63,022 bases of DNA, filler included, from Globobulimina sp. (GCA_003354225.1; 48 parts of 48 records of this genome joined end to end with filler, not necessarily neighbours in it); one strand, 5' to 3'; shown: positions 50,046 through 62,708, numbered from the whole stretch's first letter. The notes: generated by a model from the sequence alone, not told the origin. Numbers and translations: made by a program.

Positions 50046-51197
50046 TCACCGCATTGAGTAAATACCGATCAATTCAACCATAGAAAGCATACCATTTAAA
50101 TATTGCGCAATAGGCACAGCCACATCGTCTTTGAACAATGGCTCTAATATATTTCGTGTAGTAAAGGATATATTAATTTGATGTTCCCCGTTGTCTGCAA
50201 TAAATTCATTATAAATATTTTCTGCCATCGAATGAAAATATTCATAAAATTGTTTATCATTCAAATCTTTCGCTTTCTTTTTAATATCATAAATACCCAC
50301 TAAATAATTAAATTTCAGTGAATATATTTTTGCCCAAAACGGATTATTATATATATCATCCATATTAATGTGAATATCCTCTGTTTCTTCTTTTTCTGTC
50401 TTATTTGTAATATGTTCAATTAAAATATGTCGAAATACTATTACACGAACCAAAAATAACAAACTTTCCAATGCAAGTACAGATGTTAAAAATGTGACAA
50501 ATTCTTCAAAATTTTCTTTACCGGAATTTAAATATTCATGTAATGATAAATTATTATCTTCTTTGGCATTTGCAGGTAACTCAATCTTTGATAAATCAGC
50601 CATTTCATCAAAGTCATTCCGCCAAATGACATATAACGGTATGCACACAAATAAATGCACTGTAATTAGACCAACCAAAGTAACAAAAATACCATTAAAA
50701 GCAACAGAAATTGATTGAAAAATATAAGGTCCAACAATTTGCAAAATGAGTCCAATAATTATTACATACGTCTCTGATAAACAAAATATTGCGCCATTTA
50801 ATCGTTTATGCGATTTGAATAACATTACCGCAGAAAAAAAGATATATATTATCCAGAAAGATAATCTTATGATAGCAACAACTTTAGAATAGGAATAATA
50901 TGCAAAACAAAAGAAGGCAGTTTGTACGAATATAATTGCCACTATAATTTTTAGGGAATGTTTTTTGCAAAGTACAGTAAATGAATATGATGTATTTATA
51001 CTTTGCATCATTAAATGTTCCGCATTTGGTTCAGGTGAAATTATGACGGATTTATGTTGATAGCGAGTTTTTGATTTAATTGATTTCTTATATATTAATA
51101 ATAGTCGATAAATTATTAACGTGTCTGATAAATATGCTAAGCCACCGGCCATTGATCCTAATGAAATATATAATATTTTCTGAATGCGCTGTACATN
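50046..51197 (-). CDS. Multi-TM protein with C-terminal RGS domain (partial)
   Basis: At least 4 TM helices, then FEEFVTFL...ALESLLFL...AENIYNEFI...EHQINIS..TR. Confidence 0.85.
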   Translation of the reverse strand, partial: XVQRIQKILYISLGSMAGGLAYLSDTLIIYRLLLIYKKSIKSKTRYQHKSVIISPEPNAEHLMMQSINTSYSFTVLCKKHSLKIIVAIIFVQTAFFCFAYYSYSKVVAIIRLSFWIIYIFFSAVMLFKSHKRLNGAIFCLSETYVIIIGLILQIVGPYIFQSISVAFNGIFVTLVGLITVHLFVCIPLYVIWRNDFDEMADLSKIELPANAKEDNNLSLHEYLNSGKENFEEFVTFLTSVLALESLLFLVRVIVFRHILIEHITNKTEKEETEDIHINMDDIYNNPFWAKIYSLKFNYLVGIYDIKKKAKDLNDKQFYEYFHSMAENIYNEFIADNGEHQINISFTTRNILEPLFKDDVAVPIAQYLNGMLSMVELIGIYSMR

Positions 51198-52610
51198 NNN
51201 NNNNNNNNNNNNNNNNNNNNNNNNNNNNNNNNNNNNNNNNTTAATTAATTAANNNNNNNNNNNNNNNNNNNNNNNNNNNNNNNNNNNNNNNNNNNNTGTT
51301 GAATTTAATTATTGTTTTTCAATTAAGTTGTGCAGATGGCTAAAAATAAGATAATTCGTTAATTCACCTCCACAAATATTCACGATTATGACTACAGCCA
51401 CAGTAGCTGCATAATTATAAGCCTGCATTCTGTGTCTGATGACCAAGATTTTTTGAAAGAGGAGCAACGCGCAGCAGAGTCAGATAACTGATATGGGAGT
51501 AAGGGACCCATTTACTCTGAGGATTATTCTTTACAAAATCTTTGACACGAGTGACAGGAATGACGCGCAATATTGCGATTAAATCATGAATACATTCTTT
51601 TGTCTCTACGCTCTCTTGTAACAAATTTTGGTAGAAATGAAGACTATTATGTCTGAGCATTGTGCAAGGATATAAATCTCTTAGCTTACTACTCGTAGAA
51701 AGCAGTGCAAATAGCCGGTCCATCCCCGGTCGGTAGGATTGGATGAATTGGATGAGAATGGAAAGGGAAATTTTTGATTATTAGGGGGTAAAAAATTGAT
51801 TAGGTATAGGACCCATCCGAAAACCTAGGGTATTATTTTTGAATTTATTCGGCATAAAATCCAAAAATTAGGGCATTATTTTTAGTTTTTTCGAGTTTGA
51901 AAATTCAACATCAAAAAGTCAAAGTTTTTTCGATTTTTTCGACAACACATTTTAAATACACAACATATTTTTTATGAAACAATACACAACATATTTTTGT
52001 ATAGCTCAATCAAGTTCTTCTTTGTCACTACTTTTTTGAAATAGTCCGATGGTTCCGTCTTCATAGTCTGCTCTTACCACATCATCGTCAGATTTTATAG
52101 TCATTAAGATTGGTGGAAGAATTGTGGCTATTGAACCTAAAGAGCTACCTAAAGATTTTTCTTTACGCAAAACAATTTCAATTATTGCTTGGAATTCATC
52201 GATCTCTGGCGAATATATTAAAAGGTCATGACATAATTGTATTGCGCGAAATATGTTATGTCTTACAATTGCAGAAGTTATTCGTTCTCTGTAAACATCA
52301 ACTAATAAATGAACATTTTTCGCATGTCAACTGTTCCTCTGTACTATATAAATGCCAAAGATCTATTTGGTTGACACACTTTTGATTGTAGTAATAAATA
52401 TCATTTGCAAAAAGAACTGAGCAGGTAACGATACAAAATAATAAAAACCTCAAAAACCTCAAAAACCAGGACGGAGGGACTAGAAAGTGCCTTGTGACAA
52501 ATTGCAAGCANNNNNNNNNNNNNNNNNNNNNNNNNNNNNNNNNNNNNNNNNNNNTTAATTAATTAANNNNNNNNNNNNNNNNNNNNNNNNNNNNNNNNNN
52601 NNNNNNNNNN

Positions 52611-53645
52611 AATCTTTAATATTTCTGGATTCACCAAAGTCGCAATATTCGCTACATCATTCACCAATTTCCAGGCACTTTCCATCCACACTCGAACCGC
52701 CACACATTTGCACGCCTTTTCCTTACCAATTTCTGAATATATCTGCCATGGATTGGCATCCTCAAAATACGCAATCACAAAGGACTCACAACATTGCCCA
52801 TCCTCAATCTGTGCGCGCGTCACATTCAAAAACCATTCATCTTTATCCGTCTCGTCAGAGTTCGCAATCACAGTCCATTTATACTTCGAAGCTATTAATT
52901 CAGTGATCCCCTCACACGATAATTGCTTCTGTTTCTTATGAGCATAGCACGAATCATACAAACTGTTAAATGTGATGTTATTCGGTTCAATCACCATAAC
53001 CTGATAAGACTGCCCCAGTCCATAATTACTGCTATGCGGCGCACACGGAATCATCTCAAATTCCTCATAATATCTCTCCAAATGCGCGTCATTTATAATG
53101 CAATACGGCTCTAAAAACATCACATTCGCATAATCTATCAATGAAAACGCGTGTACTTTGCAGTAATAATACGGGTACACATCGCTATGATTTATAGCGA
53201 TGCAAACATCCCAAAAGGACAAAAATACAGAATAGACATCGATTAATTTCCCGCGAGAATCGAAACATTCATACGGGAGCATCAGGACTCGCTCCATTTT
53301 GCAGCCAAAGTCTTTTAAGCTGAGACACAAAAACAAGGCATTGCTGTCAGTACAGATTACAAAGTATGAAATACGACAATAAGCATACCGCAGTCCCAAG
53401 GTACAACAGCAAATAATGAAGGCGTCATCTTTGGGCAAACAGTAACTGACATAGGCACCGCTTTTCTTGCCGCTATGCGCCGCCTCCTTCACTGCTGGAC
53501 GCCGCATATCATTCAATGCCAAATCATTTGGGGCATCTGGCCATGAATTACCATCATCGCCATACAAGTCCGCATCGTCTAACTCGTTTTCATTGATCTC
53601 ATTCCAATCATACTCGTTATACTCCCTCTTCCTATACAGCAACAC
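52611..53645 (-). CDS. Hypothetical protein (partial)
   Basis: About 345-codon open frame; no family recognised. Confidence 0.55.
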
Positions 53646-53924
53646 CGAATAACTCCGACATTATAAATAAACACATATAGCACTTAACTGATCCACAGCT
53701 GAGAAATCCAATGGTTTCCGGTGTGGCTTTGCCTTTTTTTGTGTGTATATATTTTTGTCGCCAGTCGTAGCATCGCGTTGCGTCTCATAATAATCTGAAT
53801 ATTTATATTTATCTGCATAATCGGNNNNNNNNNNNNNNNNNNNNNNNNNNNNNNNNNNNNNNNNNNNNTTAATTAATTAANNNNNNNNNNNNNNNNNNNN
53901 NNNNNNNNNNNNNNNNNNNNNNNN

Positions 53925-55138
53925 TAAATTTACTAACTCCTACGGGACCCGCTGTCGCTGTGCTAACAGAAACAGCCGGTCCTGGACCAATCAACTTTTA
54001 CTACAATTACCCGCTATAGCGAGATTCGCTCCGCTTTTAGTGAAATATGATCAAGCGCCGCATCAGGTCGCTGCAGCTTGCCGCTGTTGGAGAACCTTCC
54101 CAACAGTCTGGCAGTCTCTACCCTTGCTGCAATTACCTTAGGATTCACCCCAACCCCGCCATTGATATTCTTTTTGTTACGTGTGCTGGGTGAAGGTGAT
54201 GTATTGATTATGAATATTTTCGTGAGCATCGACGACTAGAGAGGGGTCGACTACCTACCGAATGTGGCTCCCCACTACCATCACTTGTCCAACAAGAACA
54301 AGAAGACCAGTAAAAACAGCAAGACGCAAGCGCTGCTGTACAACCGGAACCATATCAACAACAACAACAAGAAGTTCAACTTGTGGCCACGCGTTTGAGA
54401 GAAACCAAACAGCATGAAGATGATATTAATCGACAACGAGATGAAGCCGCTGATCGACCAGAAAGAAACAGCAAGATACAAACACTGCTGCAACCATCTA
54501 ACTGACGACAATTGTGTGACAACTACTGCAAGCTCAACGCTGCTTAGTTACTAGCATGCCCACCTTGCAGGAAGAAGCCATCATAAGGAACTTTGCAAGA
54601 CATTTGCCCATCATCCTTGCATCAACGACAACCATGGGTAAGATGATTTCAAGTCTACCCACAGGTCCTTTGCCAAGAAGAATTGTGCCAACGGCCGTGC
54701 TTGATCAACGCTCCTACACTCTTAGTCCATCAACCGGGGTCCTGGTCCTTCGGAAGCCAAGGAGCCTGATAATGGCCCCAGGAGTGCGTACAACCGGCCA
54801 CTGGTGACAAAGAATTCAACCAAGATCCGCAATTCACTCAAGAAAGAAAAAGAAGTTACTTGGGAAGAAGCCGATGAAGATATCCTCATCGACTGAAGCC
54901 CGTTAAAAGGAACTTTATATCTAACAAGAGGGAGCCGAGAGCTCTTGAAGTAAGAACGCCATCTTCAACTACCAGAAGATCCGGAGGGAGATGACCCCCT
55001 CCCTAAGAAGATCAGATCTGGAACCCATCGACAATGGTCCTCTTGAACCTGAATCTGTCCTTGACGATCAGCAACAAGACAATCTACCAAAGGATCAGGA
55101 GCCAGAGACCGGCTCCAGTTAAAAATCGGGGATGTCAC
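53925..55138 (+). mobile_element. Possible degenerate LTR-retroelement region
   Basis: GC-richer, stop-riddled coding-like sequence ending in purine-rich aaaaatcgggga followed by TGTCAC (PPT/LTR-like start). Confidence 0.3.
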
Positions 55139-55258
55139 NNNNNNNNNNNNNNNNNNNNNNNNNNNNNNNNNNNNNNNNNNNNTTAATTAATTAANNNNNN
55201 NNNNNNNNNNNNNNNNNNNNNNNNNNNNNNNNNNNNNNATACGAAAATAATTAGTGGG

Positions 55259-55351
55259 AATCATATTTAGGATCGCCAATCTAAAAGACAAGTGTAGACA
55301 TTGGAGACATGAAATGTAACGGTCTCGAAAATCACTTAGTTGGCCAAAGTC
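55259..55351 (+). repeat. Dispersed repeat family A
   Basis: 55259-55337 is identical to 59221-59299 (79 bp); its 3' part also matches 16885-16942 inverted. Confidence 0.92.
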
Positions 55352-55475
55352 AATTCAATACAAAAAAAGAGTGCCATACAAATTACTTCCTTTTTTATTT
55401 TAAATATGCATTCGCCTATTCTATGTTTTTTGTTATGTATCACTTCACTTTCAAGCAAAAACTGTAATAAATACA

Positions 55476-56452
55476 ATGTCTTCACAAGATCCAAATTCGA
55501 ACGTACTTAAAGACGATCTCTCTACCAAAGAAAGTGAAATAGAATCCAGCCAAAATGAAATGTCCACTTGTAAACTGATCATCGCTGTATTTGGTTCATC
55601 AATTGGGAATCTATTGGAATGGTTTGATTTTGCAATGTAAGTATTTTTGTCTCCCATATCTTGTGTACAAACCTCATTAATCTCAAAACATGCAAACTAA
55701 AGGTTTGGATTGCTTGCAGATGGTACTATATTAATATACATATTTACTGCAATTTTATATTCCAAAACTTTAAATCAATAAAACAGAAATCGGAAAGAAT
55801 TTTTTTCCAGGCACAAATAAAGGAATACAAATATTGGATGCCTTTGCTATATTTGCTGGAGCATTTTTTATGAGACCGTTAGGTGGTATGCTGTTTGGAT
55901 ATATTGGTGATAAATATGGTCGAATTATAGCATTACGAATATCTTTATTCATGATGGCTATCCCTACATTTTTAACGGGCTGTTTACCCAATTATGCCAG
56001 CATCGGAGTACTGGCACCCATATTACTAACATTATTCCGACTGATCCAAGGAATATCTGTGGGCGGCGAACTCACGGGCGCTGTTACATATATTTTAGAA
56101 GTATCCCCTCCGGGACGCAAAGCTTTTTATAACACACTGGTTATGGTGAGCGGTTCGGGCGCTTTGTTAGGTACCATATTTGTTGGCATTCTGCGGAATG
56201 TATTTAGCCAACAACAATTGGATAGATTTGCATGGCGAATACCATTTTTATTTGGTGTTTTTGTGGCTGCCACAGGTCTTTGGATGAGACGCGGATTGCA
56301 AACAAGCGAAGAATTTATGAGGAAAAAAGAGACTGGAAATACATTGCATAATCCAATAAGAGAAGTTTTAACAAATCACAAATTAAGCATACTGACAATT
56401 ACATTGCATGTCATGTTTGCCGCAGCCGCTCACTATGCAGTCTGGATTTGCA
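55476..56452 (+). CDS. MFS metabolite:H+ symporter (ProP/MHS family), 2 introns, 3' truncated
   Basis: IGNLLEWFDFA...FFP...FFMRPLGG.LFG.IGDKYGR...RLIQGISVGGE...WRIPFL; introns 55637-55702 and 55723-55786. Confidence 0.92.
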
Positions 56453-56552
56453 NNNNNNNNNNNNNNNNNNNNNNNNNNNNNNNNNNNNNNNNNNNNTTAA
56501 TTAATTAANNNNNNNNNNNNNNNNNNNNNNNNNNNNNNNNNNNNNNNNNNNN

Positions 56553-56891
56553 GAATTGATTGAGTGCAGTGATACATTGTTGCAAGTTGTTATCATTATC
56601 GCTTCGGAGAAGCAAGGCGTGCTGAATTGTATTCGTTTCATCATCATAGCCTTTCAATATTGATATTTCGGTGGATGTTCTATTAGCAATATGCGGTAAT
56701 ACCATAGCTTGATGTTCATTGAATATCTCTTCGTAGCCATCATCAACGGTATAATGATGTTCTTGTGGATGATAGTATTTTGTTCCGACGGCTAAACTGC
56801 TGAAATGAGCTAACCGATTGTAGTATATATTGATTTGTGAATATAATAATTGAGTATGACTGTTGCTGTTTAATTTGCGGCATTGTCTCAT
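56553..56891 (-). CDS. Hypothetical protein with a basic, targeting-peptide-like N-terminus (3' truncated)
   Basis: Open frame to the contig end; N-terminus rich in R/K/S and lacking acidic residues. Confidence 0.45.
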
Positions 56892-56941
56892 GCTGAAAAA
56901 CTTCTTTAGTGCCACTGTGCCAGTGATACCCCATTGTTAAA

Positions 56942-57559
56942 ATGGCAATGGCACAAATAGAGTATGGAGTGTTGGATGATGATCACGAGGTAAAAAAACA
57001 AAGCTTTGATGGGGTAGCAGCAGATCAAAATGTATACATTCCCAATACAATAGAGAATGCTCCAAGAGCACAAAGTGTAGAGGAGATATTTCCGCATGTT
57101 GTACATTTTAAATTGCGATTGAACGCAGCAAGTAAATGTTGTTGCTGTTTTAATTGTAGTTTATTGACTGCGTCGCGAATATGGTTAGTGATTTTTGCAT
57201 TTGTAATTGTATTAATGTTAGTTGTTGAATTTCATCTTAGTGCCATAGTGTCAGTCGACAGCTGGTATCATTATTATAGTATGTTTAAAATTTTATTTGA
57301 TGTATTCGGCATGTTCATGATCGGCTATTCCATTTATGGAATTTATTACTGTGACGCACAATCATTATTTCTCTGTTATGCATATTTTGTATCAGCATTG
57401 ATTTTTGGAGTGATACATGCCATTTTATTAATAGTTTTGGGACAATATATTTATTTGTTGAGCGCAGCAACAACAGTTTTCATTCTATTGGGAATTGTTG
57501 AGACTTTTTATAAAATTTATTCATTATCACAATCTCATTCATTTTCTTATATGCTATAA
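56942..57559 (+). CDS. Four-TM membrane protein with a Cys cluster before TM1
   Basis: KCCCCFNCSL followed by four hydrophobic segments; complete ORF. Confidence 0.75.
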   Translation: MAMAQIEYGVLDDDHEVKKQSFDGVAADQNVYIPNTIENAPRAQSVEEIFPHVVHFKLRLNAASKCCCCFNCSLLTASRIWLVIFAFVIVLMLVVEFHLSAIVSVDSWYHYYSMFKILFDVFGMFMIGYSIYGIYYCDAQSLFLCYAYFVSALIFGVIHAILLIVLGQYIYLLSAATTVFILLGIVETFYKIYSLSQSHSFSYML

Positions 57560-58199
57560 AATTTATTAATATGCTTCAAATGTAACTTAACTGAATCAAG
57601 CCAGAAAATTGAGTGTTTTGTATGTCATTATAATTAATGTATATCTCTATTCTTTATAGGTGTAAATGAGCTGTTCATGTACAGACATTTGACACCAAAT
57701 CTCTTATTTATTATTTGCTTTTTGTTAAACGCTACTGTCGTGGCGCAAAATTCAACGACTAACCGCNNNNNNNNNNNNNNNNNNNNNNNNNNNNNNNNNN
57801 NNNNNNNNNNTTAATTAATTAANNNNNNNNNNNNNNNNNNNNNNNNNNNNNNNNNNNNNNNNNNNNACACCACAATTTTGCATCATTTGTAAACCCTAAT
57901 TTATGTTGATCTGTATGTTATTTTTGTTTATGATATGTAAAGGTTTAATAAATCGGAATATATTAAATTGTTACGAGTTTAGGAAGGCAAGGAATACCAT
58001 TGGATCTTTTTAATTGGACCCATTCTTGGATGGTTTGTGGTAACCCAGTTCTATTTGCAAAATATCGGCCAGGTAATTCTTTGGCAACCTCTGAGGGGAA
58101 ACTACCCATTATCTGCCAACAAAAATGTGTAAAAAGATTTTCCGGCAAGTTGTGCATAAAAACCCAGCTGTTTGCATGGCGTCACAACATATTGTACAG

Positions 58200-59018
58200 A
58201 TGACGAGTCACTGCAATCCATACTCACACCGCACCTATTTTTTATTATTTATATCTTTATTACAAATTGGAGTCAACCCAGCAATTCCAACCAAAAATAA
58301 ATATGAGACAGACAGTGACACATTTTGGATGTCAACCTCTAAGTTCACGCCAATCCAAGGCTCCTCGTATGCTGGTGTCAAGCGACGAAAATCCATGTAT
58401 TTGAGTCTTAAGTTTGAATATTACGGAAAAACTGCATGGGATAAATGGGAAAACATATTAAGAATTGGCGAATATGGCTATGGGAACGATTCGGGATGTT
58501 CTGAACATGGAAACCGATATCCTGCGCTGTTTATATTACCATCAAACAATGGATTACAAATATCATTGAGTGATGCACTAAATTGTTGGTTTGTGGTTGA
58601 GCATAATTATAATTTGCAAGAAAACATTATCTATTTTCTAACTATAAACTACAACCAAACCTATTCAGCCATATCGATGTCTACGCTCAATGCATCAAAC
58701 AATGATATCATTGAACCACTGCGCATCATAGCAAATGCCTCGCGCACCAATGACGACACATTGTTGGGCAGATTTATGGATATCATTATCAGTGATCCCT
58801 TAACCAGCGCAGCAAATGTATTGTTATTTGATATTGTAGTCATTTCCTATGACGATATATTGACATTTCCAGGCACTACGAACGTGCCCACAACAATGCC
58901 ACCGAGACCAGACGACAATGATTTTGGTGTAGAAGTGACAGTGGCTATGGATTACAGCTCAAATAACACGAATAAGTCAGATACGGATGAAGTGATTAGG
59001 GAAATACTTTCCCTGTAG
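58200..59018 (+). CDS. Probable secreted protein with a beta-sandwich domain and Pro/Thr linker
   Basis: Hydrophobic leader; WENILRIG...GCSEHGNRYPALFI; PTTMPP linker. Confidence 0.6.
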   Translation: MTSHCNPYSHRTYFLLFISLLQIGVNPAIPTKNKYETDSDTFWMSTSKFTPIQGSSYAGVKRRKSMYLSLKFEYYGKTAWDKWENILRIGEYGYGNDSGCSEHGNRYPALFILPSNNGLQISLSDALNCWFVVEHNYNLQENIIYFLTINYNQTYSAISMSTLNASNNDIIEPLRIIANASRTNDDTLLGRFMDIIISDPLTSAANVLLFDIVVISYDDILTFPGTTNVPTTMPPRPDDNDFGVEVTVAMDYSSNNTNKSDTDEVIREILSL

Positions 59019-59220
59019 ATTGGTTAAAAAGGATTTGGTTTCAGAATATCCTTGCACTGCTGGAAGATGGTGGTTCCATTNNNNNNNNNNNNNNNNNNNN
59101 NNNNNNNNNNNNNNNNNNNNNNNNTTAATTAATTAANNNNNNNNNNNNNNNNNNNNNNNNNNNNNNNNNNNNNNNNNNNNGATTCGTCGTAGATACTTTT
59201 ATACGAAATTCCCTCGTAAA

Positions 59221-59299
59221 AATCATATTTAGGATCGCCAATCTAAAAGACAAGTGTAGACATTGGAGACATGAAATGTAACGGTCTCGAAAATCACTT
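59221..59299 (+). repeat. Dispersed repeat family A
   Basis: Identical to 55259-55337. Confidence 0.92.
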
Positions 59300-59370
59300 C
59301 GTTGAGCATATTCAATTATTGCATTATCTGAAGTAAAAGTTGTGCTTGCGAACTAACTGGCATTTTGATC

Positions 59371-60357
59371 ATGTCGTTTACCAGAAAAGAACTAGAATTT
59401 GTTTATAAAAAAACAAAATTGACAGTATTTGGTTATATAAGACACATAGAAACATTGCTAAAATCCAGTGATACTCAATTATTCAGCAATATCCCTGAGT
59501 CAATTGTAATATTATGCACATTTTACTATTTTATTAAGAATGAGGTTGTTGTAAAAGTTGGAATGTTGGGTGATGCTGAAACCGGGAAAACTGAGTTAAT
59601 GGTAAGATATGCGGAGGGCAGATATGATGGAAATTTTATGGAAACTTTGGGTGTAAATTTTATGGATAAGACAATTGAGCTGAAAAATGTGAGTGTGACC
59701 ATATCTATATGGGATTTAGGAGGACAAAGGTTTGTTGATTCAAAAGCAGTGCAATTAATATTTAAACACGTGCACAAAATATGAATTAAGGGAATTTAAG
59801 ACGTTGATGCCTTTGATTTGTGCAGATGCCAAAGTAATACTATTTGTGTTCAATTTAACGCAAAAACAATCCTTATTTTCTGTGAAGCGGTGGTATAAAG
59901 AAGCTAGGAAAGAAAATAAGGTATTTATCATTTTATTGCAATATAAATTTCATATAATTTCATTTCAAAACAGATTTTCATGCCATTTTTAGTGGGGACT
60001 AAATACGATTTATATAACGAATTAGGAGAGTTTCAGAAACAAGATATCACAAAACAGGCTCGGAAGTTTGCTGCAAAAATGCATGCTCCGTTGATATATT
60101 GTTCTGCCGCACAGTCAATTAATGTTAAAAAAATATTTAAAGTAATTCTTGCCAAAGTTTTTGATTTGAAACCAAAAATAAAAGAAACTCATGATTGTTT
60201 AAGGGAGGCATTGATTGAGTTTGAAAATAAGAAACCAAAAACATCTGAAAAAGTAAGAAAAAAAGGGAAAAAAATACAGAAAAAAGACAAAGATAAGAAG
60301 AAAAAGAAGAAAAATAAATATAAAAAAAATAAAAACAATGATTCAAAAGAGGATTAA
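59371..60357 (+). CDS. SPG1: Spg1/Tem1-family small GTPase with an N-terminal extension and Lys-rich tail (2 introns)
   Basis: GDAETGKT, ETLGVNFMDKTI, IWDLGGQ, LVGTKYD, ITKQARKFA..M.APLI.CS...SINV.KIFK..LAKVFDL; introns 59730-59790 and 59922-59973. Confidence 0.9.
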
Positions 60358-60494
60358 ATGTAGAGATCTAGGCGTTGTCTTTCAACAACACATANNNNNN
60401 NNNNNNNNNNNNNNNNNNNNNNNNNNNNNNNNNNNNNNTTAATTAATTAANNNNNNNNNNNNNNNNNNNNNNNNNNNNNNNNNNNNNNNNNNNN

Positions 60495-60986
60495 AAAATA
60501 ATACATATCAATTTCAAAATTAATTACTTTTTTATATTTCACTAATTGTAAATGCTGTTTTGATTCAAAATTTCTCTCAAATATTTCTGTATTAATTGTT
60601 GTGACTGTATTTGGATCATTACATCCAATAAATACAGGTCTTGATACATTTTGTAATGAATTATGATCAATAAATGGTAAATAAGAGGCACATTCGCCAA
60701 TAAGTGGATATGGTAAATCATTTATTGATAATTTTGTTGGCTCTTTTTTAGATTCAATTTCTTTTAATTGTTTGGCGTTTCTTGATTGGATTATTGTTGA
60801 CATAATTTCTATGCTTTCTGTTAATTTCGTATTATTTGCATCGGTTTGCATTTGTTCATGAAAAGAATGAAATAATGCTTTTAAAACAATTCTTCTTATG
60901 TTTAAATGTGATGTTTTAATAAATAAATCAAACTCATTTTGTAATAATGTATCCGCGAGCAACCGAAACCTAATTAATTGTTCCAT
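60495..60986 (-). CDS. F-box-like domain protein (3' truncated)
   Basis: SINDLPYPLIGECASYLPFIDHNSLQNVSR. Confidence 0.65.
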
Positions 60987-61017
60987 GGTTCTTAGTTGAA
61001 AACTGCTTTCAAAAGAA

Positions 61018-61708
61018 ATGATGTCTGCGTTAACTTTAATTGATTCTTTATTGAATGCAGTGAAGAAACCACAATATATACACCAATCCGGCAAAATGGT
61101 TCGTGGCAAACAATCAATATATAATCCATTGCACAACAATACAAAAACACTGCGCATCATTTCATGGAATATATGGTTTGACAAATATAGAATGGAAAAA
61201 AGAATGCACCATATTATGGATATAATTAATGATTCTAAACCTGACATCTTTTGTTTTCAAGAAATAACAAACGAATCACTTAAATACATCACCAATCATA
61301 AATATATTAAAGATTATTACCTCTCATCAAAGATTATAAATGATTCTTATGGCAATATTATATTCTCCAGATTCCCAATATTAAAAAGAGACGTATTAAA
61401 ATACAAATTTTCAAATATGTCAAGAAAACTGGTCACAGTTAACATAGAAATAAATGATGAATTGTTTACAATCTGCAGCACACATTTAGAGTCTTTAAAA
61501 AATAATCGACCACAAAGAATATCTCAATTAAAGCAATCTGTGAATTATATATTGAACTGTAATCATGATACTGGAATGGATAAACCACAGCATTTCATTT
61601 ATTGCGGAGATTTCAATGAATGCGGTACGATGAATGACGATGTGTTACCGTTTCCAGATAAACAATTTAAAGATTGTTGGGTTGATTATTATGGTGATAA
61701 ATACAAAC
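61018..61708 (+). CDS. Exonuclease-endonuclease-phosphatase domain protein, TDP2-like (3' truncated)
   Basis: ISWNIWFD, PDIFCFQE, MSRKL, STHLES, R..QL, GDFN. Confidence 0.88.
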
Positions 61709-62360
61709 NNNNNNNNNNNNNNNNNNNNNNNNNNNNNNNNNNNNNNNNNNNNTTAATTAATTAANNNNNNNNNNNNNNNNNNNNNNNNNNNNNNNNNNNN
61801 NNNNNNNNTGCCTATCAAAAAAAACAAAATATTCAACTACACTGTGTTTACATAAAAAGCAGTGGCTAATTAAACAGTAAATATACTGTTTGCTATTTGT
61901 TTTTTCAGAGAAAAAAGTGGAAGTGGATATTGTTTTTTGATAGGCAAAACATGGGGTACCCAAAAATGTTTTGATATGCCTTTTTTCTGTGAAAACCTTT
62001 CAAGTGAAGTATAATTTTTTTATTATATTCCAATTTACCAACGTGATGTTCTTAAAAGAAATGTGAAGAAACATCCATGCCATCATTGGGATATAATTAT
62101 GCATATATTAATGTGCAGAAATAGAAGAAAGAATTTCTATTAATTATAATGTACTAAATCTACTAAACAAACATCAGAAAGGATGCAATATTATAATATG
62201 ATAATAATAGCACCATCAAACAAGCACAAAATAAATTATTATTATTATTACAGAAAAAGAAAATGATCGAAGGAAAGAGGAAAGGTAAAATAAATCACAA
62301 TTAATAATCGATATATTTTTCAAACAATAAATACAAAACACAAACTATTAACATACAATT

Positions 62361-62708
62361 CTACTCAGTAAATCCGTCAAAAGTTGTTTGCGCACTTTTT
62401 GCTCGAAATACTGGTGGTTTTCCTTCATATGTTTCCTTTTCATTTGCTTTTGCTGTCTGCTTATTTTGTGAATATTTAACATTCGAACGGCTCGATTTTT
62501 TCCCTGGCTCAACGCACATAAATTTAATACCCAATTTTAGTGCAATTGTAAAGGCTCTTTTTTTTTTACCATTGAACCGTTTGGCAAATTGTTTCTCGAT
62601 CACTTCAATCAAACACTTTGCCACTAATTTTAATGTCCTCTCCTCGATATTGTGCGCTCTGTGCTTTGTGCCAATTCGTAGCATTTGCAGCACAAAAAAT
62701 TGTCCCTC
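62361..62708 (-). CDS. Globin-like domain, C-terminal F-G-H helices plus tail
   Basis: MLRIGTKHRAHNIEERTLKLVAKCLIEVIEKQF...F....KRAF: proximal-His pattern L..IG.KH. Confidence 0.6.
   Translation of the reverse strand, partial: EGQFFVLQMLRIGTKHRAHNIEERTLKLVAKCLIEVIEKQFAKRFNGKKKRAFTIALKLGIKFMCVEPGKKSSRSNVKYSQNKQTAKANEKETYEGKPPVFRAKSAQTTFDGFTE

Noticed and set aside
1261-61764. Regularly spaced TTAATTAATTAA palindromes resembling a repeat array or CRISPR
   Set aside because: They are artificial six-frame-stop linkers embedded in N runs; ORF tails reading XXX-LIN are artefacts.
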